DNA from: Octopus bimaculoides
Lineage: Eukaryota
Assembly: GCF_001194135.2 (NCBI RefSeq)
Contig: NC_068987.1
Span: forward strand, 35,195,245-35,231,192
DNA: 35,948 nucleotides
Reading direction: 5' to 3'
The stretch's first letter is position 1; every line of letters starts with the position of its first letter. The position numbers were made by a program, and so were the translations under genes. Below the pieces are notes generated by a model. The model was not told where the DNA came from. It was given only the letters and a program-made list of their open reading frames with translations, and made no database searches. This document shows, piece by piece, positions 11,137 through 21,540 of this stretch.

Positions 11137-12322
11137 TAAGGTCATCCCATAAGTTGTGTCAGAATTTGGAATAAAGAAAACAAGTGATCAAATGTTATAT
11201 TTAATTGAAATTTAATCATCTATGTACTTTTCCTGATTATCTATGACTTCCTTCCATCTATTTACAAGCTATTTAATCCCATCAATGTAAAACTCTTTTG
11301 GTTTCAAAGCGAATAACTCCGAAATGTCAGTTTCGACCTCCTCCTGGCTTGCGAAAGTTATATCCCCCGAATGATTCGATAAATTACGAAACAAATGGTA
11401 GTCTGAAGGAGCATGGTCGGGAGAATAACGTGGATCAAGAATGTTTTTGCAACCAAGCTCTTCGATCTTCTGTGATGTGATCTTTGCAGTTCGAGGTTGG
11501 GCATTGTACTGATGAATCATCAGTCCTTTTCGATTCTTTAAAGCGGGTCTTTTTTCTTCAAAGCTTACTTCAAACGCTATAATTGCTGACAGTAGACTTG
11601 AGCATTGATTGTTGCATTAGGTGGTAACAATTCAAAGTGAATTAGTCATTTGCAATCCCACGAGATAGAGAGAAGAAACTTTTTCCCATGAAGTTCGCTT
11701 CTCGGTTGTGGTTGAGCTTTTCCCCTTTTACCAAGCCACTGTTTACAACGTTTAAAATTTCGAAAGAAGATCCGTTTTGTGTCACCAGTCACAGGTCTAT
11801 CCAAAAATCGTTAAATAAGTTCGCGAGAATTGGGAGAAGAACAGATGTCAACTCGGGATTTGCTTTTGCTTTCGGACAATTCATGAGACACACATTTTCC
11901 AATTTTAGGAAGCTTTCGAAGTTGTTGAAGATGACGATGAACAATTGTATGGTTTTAACTAAGCTTTATTGCCAATTCTTCAACTGATAATGCAGGATTT
12001 TTTTCAAGTAATTCCTCAAACTCAACTGGACGTCCTATTCGATCTCCGATTTAAAGGCTGAAATCTCCACTTCTGAATTTTGAAAACAATCTTCTGCAAG
12101 TTCTTCCATTCAAGCATTCTTTCCCATAAACTGAGTGTATGTTTCGAGTCGCTTCGGCTGCAGCGTTTCCTTTTCTGTACTCATAAACCATTACGTGCCT
12201 CAAATGCTCTTTGGATACTTTCATGTTAGAAAGGGTTTTAATCAAAGAAATTTTAATTCTATTATTCTCTAAAATAATATATAATTAGTTTAAACGTACA
12301 CAAATGCATAAAAAATATTTTT
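11137..12322 (-). mobile_element. Mariner (Tc1/mariner, DD34D) transposon remnant; second end lost in the gap
   Basis: TA followed by the TIR-like end TAAGGTCATCCCATAAG at 11137, plus a transposase relic. The other TIR is not visible before the N-run. Confidence 0.85.
11212..12224 (-). pseudogene. Mariner transposase pseudogene
   Basis: N-terminal HTH MKVSKEHLRHVMVYEYRKGNAAAEATRNIHSVYG..FRSGDFSL, CVSHEL (WVPHEL), VTGDTK (TGDEKW), HQYNAQP (HDNARPH), YSPDHAPSDYHLF (YSPDLAPSD), C-terminal RWKEVIDNQEKYIDD*. Multiple stops and frameshifts. Confidence 0.93.
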
Positions 12323-12867
12323 NNNNNNNNNNNNNNNNNNNNNNNNNNNNNNNNNNNNNNNNNNNNNNNNNNNNNNNNNNNNNNNNNNNNNNNNNNNNNN
12401 NNNNNNNNNNNNNNNNNNNNNNNNNNNNNNNNNNNNNNNNNNNNNNNNNNNNNNNNNNNNNNNNNNNNNNNNNNNNNNNNNNNNNNNNNNNNNNNNNNNN
12501 NNNNNNNNNNNNNNNNNNNNNNNNNNNNNNNNNNNNNNNNNNNNNNNNNNNNNNNNNNNNNNNNNNNNNNNNNNNNNNNNNNNNNNNNNNNNNNNNNNNN
12601 NNNNNNNNNNNNNNNNNNNNNNNNNNNNNNNNNNNNNNNNNNNNNNNNNNNNNNNNNNNNNNNNNNNNNNNNNNNNNNNNNNNNNNNNNNNNNNNNNNNN
12701 NNNNNNNNNNNNNNNNNNNNNNNNNNNNNNNNNNNNNNNNNNNNNNNNNNNNNNNNNNNNNNNNNNNNNNNNNNNNNNNNNNNNNNNNNNNNNNNNNNNN
12801 NNNNNNNNNNNNNNNNNNNNNNNNNNNNNNNNNNNNNNNNNNNNNNNNNNNNNNNNNNNNNNNNNNN

Positions 12868-12898
<31 letters not shown>

Positions 12899-15204
12899 CA
12901 TACATACATATATACAGGCATGTTCGTGCATCTTAAATTATATCAAATGCATGCAATCATTTTTAATGTTCTTACCACTAAACCAAAAAAAATCAATATC
13001 AACGCCATTGCTTCTTTATATATTCCAGCATTACACGCACGTTTTCTTTTCTTTATGCATACTTTTCACTTTCTCATTTCTTTTTTAACGCTGATACCAA
13101 CAGTTACGTGAATTCATTCGACTGAGCCAGCTCTGCAGAGAATCCTATTAGAGATAATCGGCTAGTTAATCTAAAGATTATGTTTAATGGTTTTATTTGA
13201 AATCATTAAGAAGACAGTTAATTGTGATTGCTAATGCAGACCGTTGAGGATATGAAGACATCTCAGATGTACATTTTGTGAAGCATTTAATTACATGTTT
13301 TCTTTAGTTCATTTGTTTTAGGTTTGTATATGTTTGTTTTCTCACTTATCTCATTTATATGACTAACAGTCAAAATTTGTGCGTTGATTTTGATCATGTT
13401 TATAATTCTCTTTTAAACTGTCAGCAGGTACAAGTTGTTCATCAGCAGATCAGCACTTATCCATTTTATTATAATGAGAGGCGTTCCGACAATGACCATT
13501 ATGTACTTTGTTATATGAACCACTATATTATCTAAAGCAACCTGCAATTTAATATCATATTAAGGAGTAAAAAAGAAAATAACGCTATACGGAACATTTC
13601 TAATTTGCAAAATTCCTCAAACTAATATTCACTGCGATTGGACACCTAAGAGCAACATATGACGTATTTTCTTATTTCGGTGTACACGTTCCCTGTAATG
13701 AAATACGTCATCCCTACGGCTGGCCTTCATTAAATCTAGCAGATGCAAATCCAGGAGTCACCAGATCTGGTCTGCACAATACATAGAAAACCACTAGGCA
13801 GCCAATTTCTCCGATTATCCGCATTACTACCATAAATGTGTGACGTCACGCATTGTCATGGTCAATGTTGATCGGTTTCCTGCTGGGTCTCTCCTTTTAA
13901 TGGTATCGTGAAATTTCCTTGTTTCAAGGTATCTCTGTATATTCGGGGTACAGCCACATCTTACAAAATCAAGGAGAATAAAACACTTGTCTTTCCAATA
14001 GTCGCACTGAATTTCTCTGCAGACAATTACCTATTTAAATTCTTAGTCCTAGGTGAAATGTGTGGCACCACTTCAAAGATTGAATCTTCATTTCAGAGTC
14101 ATAAAATTCGTCACCCAGGTCGACGGATGCAAGTATATCGTGGTAGATATCTCATTAAAATCGGATAATGGAGTTGCCTCTCTTTCCTGCGTTCAGTAGT
14201 TACAGTACAGCACAGTATTTTGGAAAATAAACTAATATTCAAGTTTTATTCAACAGTCTTACACACCGCAAAGTTTATGTTCTAAATTCGATTTAGTACT
14301 CATTACGATAGTAAATAACATGTGGAACCATTAAAACTCCTAATAAGAATCGGTAGCACATTGATTTCTGAATAACAAATAATTACTTCGGGATGTACGT
14401 GTTCCAAATGCACCTTTGTAATTTACCTTACACTAGAGATTATAGAATTACACAAAAACATGTCCACATCACAATATGGACATATTACCTTATTTGAAAT
14501 GTGGTTATATCAGTTGTATCAATATTGCAATATTAGTATCATTAGCGTTGTTTTTGTTTTGCCTAAAACGCACTATAGCAGTTATAATTAGACACCACAT
14601 TTATAATGAAATAATATGATTAAAGAACAAACAATACAAATACTTTCTTAGTCATGCAATGTTTTTGTAACAATCTCGTGTGTTCAGAAACCGTTCCGGC
14701 GTTTAGCGTGTGTAACATAACATAGCATTATTTATATGGATGTCTGTCTGAAAATAATTCAGCAAATGATTCAATCAATATTCATCAAATTTCAGACAGA
14801 AAACAATGTCTCGCTTAATGACCGATATTGACACGTGTTTATTTATTAATGTTTAAAGAAAAGGAACTCAAAACACAGACATTTTCAATCTGTTGAAAGA
14901 AATTTCCGATGTGTATGATGACAATTCTTCTATGCAACACAATTTTAATCCATTATACAAAGTTGATATGTATTACGTATAATACATACAGACACTCACA
15001 CACACTCACACATGTTCATATATATATATATATATATATTTACATGCAATGGTCTTCTTTCAGTTTCCATCTAACAAATTCATTCATAAGGCTTTGGCTG
15101 GCCTGAGGCTGTAGCAGGAGATGGTTGACCATAGTATTACGTAGAACTTTATGATTCAGAGCATGCTTCTTACCACATATTCAGTCCTCCGACTATACTT
15201 TTAT

Positions 15205-15237
15205 ATGCATACATACATGTATCCATATATACATACA

Positions 15238-15270
<33 letters not shown>
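15205..15270. repeat. (TACA)n microsatellite
   Basis: Read directly. Confidence 0.9.
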
Positions 15271-15271
<1 letters not shown>

Positions 15272-16102
15272 CTTATTTATTCAGGATGTATGTGTGTGTG
15301 AGTGCGCGCATGTGTGAATGTAGAGATATAGATGTGGCATTTATGTGTACAATTAGATGCACAACTTGTACTGATACGTTAAGACCACCATGTAAATGCT
15401 CATAATTCAGTCTGTCCTTGTATAGTCGTTACGGTAATACTACCAGTTATGAGCTACAGATCAAATATAGGAAATGAATACAAAATTCCTACGCGCTTTT
15501 CACCAATATGTTTGTTTTGAGCCCAGTGATAGTTGTTCCAAATGCATATAGATACTCAATCACAACACATTCGCAAGAAAATACTTTATTGTTACGATTT
15601 ATGCACATAGTTATTTATGTTTGGATGCATTATAATATTCGTGAAGATCAATAGCAATGAAGGATCTATATGCAGTTGAATTGTCTATTGAATGGCTCCC
15701 ACAACCTTAGTGATAAATTGCTCGCAAAGACTATAATAGAAACTAGCTTTCATCCTTGTTTTCCTTTATACACAAACATATATATGTATATACATATATA
15801 TAAGATCGGANNNNNNNNNNNNNNNNNNNNNNNNNNNNNNNNNNNNNNNNNNNNNNNNNNNNNNNCATATATGTATGTATGTATCGATATATATATGTAT
15901 ATGATTATGTACATGTATATAGAGTTTCATCTTCCGTCATATAGGGAGGATCATTCAAAACACGTTCTCCGCCGAGGGATAAATAACATTCAATATACAT
16001 AATTTACAAAAGAGCTGCTAATAGTTTCATGAATGTAACAAAAATCTATCGAATTATTGTATCTTTACAGTATGAAACTCTTAGTTGCTGTTCTGTAAAT
16101 TG

Positions 16103-16133
<31 letters not shown>

Positions 16134-16544
16134 CCACACACACACACTAACTTCAAAGCTGCACTCCATGCTGACTTTAAGATAGCATATGCGGAGCGGT
16201 AATTGGGTCTGTGGCTCCAAAATACGGAGAGCAGTAATAATAAATTATTTATTGGTACCCTTCAAATATGCTATTACTTTAAATTCGGTTTCAATGAAAG
16301 ACTTGTAACTTCGCAAATTTTGGGATTTTTTTTTTTTTTTTTCTATTCGAATTTTCAAGTGTTAGCATATAACAAATACTCATTCAAACCTGATCCCAAT
16401 CCTGAATGTTCAAGAATCGAATGGAGTGCAGATTTGTAATTCCGGGATCATCCTGATTACAAACAGGGATATATATATATGTAGAGTAAACGCAGAATGA
16501 GATCCATGGTCCCGGACGGAGGGATGGACAGAATTTCTCGTTTA

Positions 16545-16650
16545 TGTATGTATGTATACATGTATGTATGTATGCATGTATGCATGTATGTATGCATATA
16601 TGTACATGCGTGTATGTATGTATTTATGCATGTATGTATGTATGTGTAAA
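16545..16650. repeat. Degenerate (TGTA)n microsatellite
   Basis: Read directly. Confidence 0.9.
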
Positions 16651-17214
16651 TATATAAAAAATGTAAATATGTATAACTACATTTTTGTTTTGTCTCGCTT
16701 GATTCGCGATGTGAATAAATGTCTTGAAAGAGAGGTTGCTTCATTCTTCTATGTTTTTTTAATGAACACGCTTTTTAACGTTCTCGCCGTATAGTTACTT
16801 AACTACTTCAAAAGTTAAGCAATTAACGATTAGATTGCTTGACCGATCTTTCGATCAAGTAATCAATAGCCTAGTGAATCAAAGTCCTTTTTTTCATCAT
16901 CTTTAACCTCTGCTTCATGTATATCAGTACATCATCCAGTAGGTTTTTATTTTCACCCAAATAATTTTACACACATACAAATTATTATGAAATTTTATTA
17001 TTTAGATACACAAAAAAATCCTCTATCAGTACATTTTTAATATACAGATCTCTTCCAAATCTACAAACGAGATTTTAAAACTATGGTTACTTGTTAGGTC
17101 AATTTCAGAATCTTTGTTGATGCTGGCATTGCAAACTATAATGTCAAATGCTTTTTTCAGGTTACACGCATTTGAGTATACATTATATGGTTATGCATTT
17201 CGTTGTGCTAAGTT

Positions 17215-18200
17215 GTGCTGTATCTTACCTTCAATTTGAAGAGTCATATTAGGTCGGCGAGTGATGAGCATTGTCTTTTGCACATCTTTCAAACTTACTC
17301 AATTAGGTTTCTCCAGCGATTCTTGAAACTGTTGCTCGTCGCACCTATATATTCATATACAATTGCCAGCTGCGTCTCAGTGAAATATTGCATATTCTCT
17401 ACCAACCTGCGATATCGATTAGGAGAAAACATGAACTATCTTATTGCTGCAATTAGACGTACCTCCTGGTCAACTTCAAGTCAACTGCTGCCGACAACTA
17501 AGATATACCACCTTGAGATTAGCTGCTCCTCAGAACTGGCTGCTCCATAACCAACAACAGGGGTTCGCACCACTAATGCCAATGCAGACCGCAGACCAAC
17601 CCCATTAACCTATGCACCCCCTGTGACCTCCATATACGTGTTGTGCGCATACAAATAAGCACATAAAAATTTATGCACATATGTGCACACACATGCATAC
17701 ACACATATACACACAACTATATACGTATACTGATCCCCTCTTCGCTCCACTCACACCACCAAACCTCAATGCAACGCCTACATCCCACTAGCAGCGCTGT
17801 TGTGACTACGCTCGCATATGCCTGTACATAGGCCCATACGCACAGGTACCCATACTTATATATTTGCACGCACACATACATGCATACATACATACATACA
17901 TACACACGTTCATACAAATAATAGCACACTCATATCCAAGTACTCATACATGTCTTTTACACATTTACGCACAGCCTAACCGGCATTGCCTCTGTCAGAT
18001 TCTGAGTCTCCACAAAGACACAGCAGGCATCGAAATGCTACCAACCTCCTCTCCAGCCACGATGTCCACGATGCATCTGCTGTAGCTGAAATGCCAATCT
18101 CACATCAAACTACACCATGGGATTTGACTTTAGCGCTAGCCGTCATCTTTCCAGTAGCTATTCTGGACTTCTTGTGTTTCCCCACTTAGTAACTTGGACC
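17215..18200 (+). mobile_element. Possible highly decayed retroelement fragment (Penelope-like?)
   Basis: C-rich segment. The translation VKYCIFSTNLRYRLGEN loosely recalls the GIY-YIG N-terminal YCI..YIGET block. Weak. Confidence 0.2.
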
Positions 18201-19589
18201 TGACTATTCCGGGTTTCTGTTTGAAGACTAAAATGTTATATTACACATTTTCTAGAGCTCATCTCCGTTTATTTTACAACATTTGGTGTAATTTTTTTTC
18301 ACTTACATGCCAATTCTTGCTAAAGTATCAATAAAATGTCTCTAAATTAAGAAACAAACTTCAAGAATGCTTTCATGGAGCTCTCTCTCTTTCGCCCTCT
18401 CTCTCTTGCTATATATATATNNNNNNNNNNNNNNNNNNNNNNNNNNNNNNNNNNNNNNNNNNNNNNNNNNNNNNNNNNNNNNNNNNNNNNNNNNNNNNNN
18501 NNNNNNNNNNNNNNNNNNNNNNNNNNNNNNNNNNNNNNNNNNNNNNNNNNNNNNNNNNNNNNNNNATATATAATATGTGTGTGTGTGTGTGTGTGTGGGT
18601 GTGTGTGTTTTAAAATCAGTACCATAATTTTCGCTAACATTTTATTACTGATTTTGCTCCAGATATCCCATTTCTGATTTCGATTACACTAGAGCAATTT
18701 GTTACCGAATGCAGTATCTGTAATTTGTAGATATTTTTTCCCATTGAAAAAGAATGCACCATTTTAGACAATAAGATTGTTAGTCAATAATTTGAATTCC
18801 AAAGTAAATATTCTGTGAAACTCCTCTCTATGCTGTTTTATATGAAGTTCTATTAATATTTCCATATCGGGTGAAATAATCGTGGACATGTTTAGTATAT
18901 CAGAACCAACTCATATCGAATTCAATAATATTACTCGGAACATATGAAACTGCAAGTCAGTGTCATACAAAATGAAACTCTGCATGAAGGTGCGTACATT
19001 TTTGCATCATAATGTCAATGAATATTGTTCAAAGAATTAGATCTTTATGTTACAGCAATTTGACAATAGTTCTATAGAAATAAAAATATACTTCAGTAGT
19101 CAAATGAATTGAAGAAACAGCATCAAAAGGTAAAATATCATAAAAGGGAAACATATTAGATGTATGTATATTCACAAATACACATAAGTAATCACGTACA
19201 TATCTAAAAATGCACATATATTTGTACACACACATGCACACATATATAAATATTTGTATGCATATATATGTATGCATATCCATGCACTGCAAATATACGT
19301 ACACGTTCGCCCACTAGATAGTTATACATAGTAAGCGTACATATCTGTCGGACAACATTTATGGGACAAATATTAGACTTAAACTACCAGCTGCTTAATT
19401 TATTGAAACTAGTCTGTAGATGCCAGACCAGCAAGAGGAAGCGGCTGTCCTCCCCTGTTCGAAGGATGGACACAGATTCGTGTGTCACATGGCTAGCTAG
19501 AGGCGATGGCCTCTTGGATCTAATCAACAGAAACACTCCTCCTATTTTCCTGGACTGCCGTGTTAGCTTGGCGATAACTATTAATATAC

Positions 19590-19628
<39 letters not shown>

Positions 19629-19771
19629 TGTGTGTCTTTGTGTGTGTGTGTGTGTGTGTGTATCTATATGTATGTATGAATGTATGAATGTATGTATGTA
19701 TGTATGTATTAATTAACAGAATGAGATAAAAATCCAAGGCTGTGAATAGTTTTCAGAACATTAAGAAAGAT

Positions 19772-19819
19772 GTCTTACACCGGTTTCCGGGATAGTTTAT
19801 ACATCCCTTCATCAGAGAC
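19772..19819 (-). ncRNA. Minimal type I hammerhead ribozyme motif, left arm
   Basis: Minus strand reads GUCU-CUGAUGA-A-GGGAU-GUAUAAACU-AUCCC-G-GAAA-C-CGGU-G-U-A-AGAC: 4-bp stem I, 5-bp stem II, GUA triplet. A.G mismatch at the base of stem II. Confidence 0.65.
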
Positions 19820-20006
19820 GGTGTGAGAAAATGTTTAAGTCATAGTTATTATGGAGAAGATATAGAATACAAAGTGAAGTGGAAGAAGGTAAGTAGACGT
19901 GAGATACAATTTCTTTACGTATCTAACGTCTGTTTTCATTCTTCCACTTCACTCTGCATTTCAAATTTTCTCTATAATAACTATTGCTTAAGCATTTTCT
20001 CACACC

Positions 20007-20054
20007 GACTCTGATGAAGGGATTTATAAATTGTCCCGGAAACTGCTGTGAGAA
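20007..20054 (+). ncRNA. Degenerate hammerhead motif, right arm
   Basis: GACU-CUGAUGA-AGGGAU..GUCCCG-GAAA-C-UGCU-GUG-AGAA. The core is retained, but the triplet is GUG and stem I is weakened, so it is probably inactive. Confidence 0.55.
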
Positions 20055-20132
20055 CTTCTCTACATAAATGTTCTGAAAATTATTCACAGGCTTGTATTTT
20101 TATCTCATTCTGTTAATTTCTATATAAATGCA

Positions 20133-20537
20133 GGCGCAGGTGTGGCTGTGTGGTACGTAGCTTGCTTACCAACCACATGGTTTCGGGATCAGTCCCACTG
20201 CGTGGAATCTTGGGCAAGTGTACTCTACTATAGCCTCGGGCCGACCAAAGCCTTGTGATAGAATTTGGTGTACGGAAACTGAAAGACGCCCGTCGTATAT
20301 ATGTCTATATATATGTGTGTGTGTGTGTCTGTGTTTGTCCCCCTGCCATTGCTTGACAGCCGATGCTGGTGTTTTTATGTCCCCATCACTTAGCGGTTCG
20401 GCACAAGTGACCGATAGAATAAGTACTAGTCTTACAAAGAATAAGTCCCGGGGTCGAGTTGTTCGACTAAAGGCGGTGCTCCAGCATGACCGCAGTCAAA
20501 TGACTGAAACAAGTAAAAGAGTAAAAGAGTAGAGAGT
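20133..20537 (+). mobile_element. tRNA-derived SINE, third family, full length with internal microsatellite
   Basis: A box TGGCTGTGTGG, tRNA-like head, CTTGGGCAAGTG..GCCTTGTG body, internal (TA/TG)n, 3' end GGCGGTGCTCCAGCATG..GAAACAAGTAAAAGAGTAAAAGAGT. Related fragments lie at 21325 and 24471. Confidence 0.9.
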
Positions 20538-20601
20538 ATGCATGCTAATATATGACCTACGTTGAACACGTCATTTCTATCATTATTGAACCTGGGCGCT
20601 T

Positions 20602-20640
<39 letters not shown>

Positions 20641-21324
20641 AGCATATATACATACATATATGTACATCCTTACATATACATATGCATATGTGGAGTCAGG
20701 ACCTCACAGAACGTAAACAGCATGAAATAGGAAATATGAATAAATGGAATATGAAATTCTGTTACGAACAACGAAAGAAACCAATGGAAAACAAAACAAG
20801 CTTCATAACGAATGACCCGTCATCAAATGTTGGCTGTTTTTCTACTCCTTATTCGGAGCAATTCACGACAAGATACGCCTTCAACAAAACAGTTGCTCCC
20901 GCAAAGCAAATTAAATAAAATTTATGCTTTTGTGAGGGTCAAATTTGGTAACAAAACCAGGACAGTGAAAACAAAGGTGAAGGGCGGCTAAGCCTAAACG
21001 AGGTGAGTTGTGGCGAACGCTGGTGAAGCAAGCTTGGACAGGAGACAGACAAGTATGCGTCTTATCCCTGCAACTGATCAGAAAAGAAATAAAGAAACTC
21101 AAGTTAGGATATGAAACAAAGATGGTCGCGTGCGAGCAACGAGAAAGCAAAGGAGGAACGGTGAGGGTGAGCGAGGGACAGACAGAGAACAGCGTGGATA
21201 TATGCATATATATATTCTTTATATTACTATATGATTGAACGCCACGCATCCATTTCCGAGTATGTGTGTATGTGTGTGTGTGAGTAAGTGTATGTATACA
21301 TATATATATTTAGATACATATGTG

Positions 21325-21540
21325 TGTGTGTGACTTTGTGTTTACATTTCTCCCTCTAGCATCGCTTGATAACCAGTGATAGAGTATTTCCCTTACATGA
21401 GCGTTTCGACTAAAGCGAACGATAGAATATGTACCAGGTTTTACAAAAAATGGAGTACTGGGTCTATTTGTTCGACAAAATTCATCAAGTCGGTGTCCCC
21501 AACATGAATGCAGTATAATGACGGAAACAAGTAAAAGATA
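21325..21540 (+). mobile_element. 3' half of the third SINE family, diverged
   Basis: Aligns by eye to ~20320-20520: CATCGCTTGATAACC, CGATAGAATATGTAC, TTGTTCGAC, GAAACAAGTAAAAGA. Confidence 0.8.

Larger units (their letters stand above)
19711..20118. mobile_element. 408-bp palindromic non-autonomous element with hammerhead motifs in both arms
   Basis: 19711-19907 is the imperfect reverse complement of 19919-20118 (AATTAACAGAATGAGATAAAAAT mirrored); 11-nt spacer. Confidence 0.85.

Noticed and set aside
11688-11987. 99-aa plus-strand ORF
   Set aside because: Antisense to the mariner transposase relic.
13835-14170. Open frames on both strands (86-aa plus ORF; ~60-codon minus frame after a CTGCAG acceptor)
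   Set aside because: No recognisable motifs or homology.
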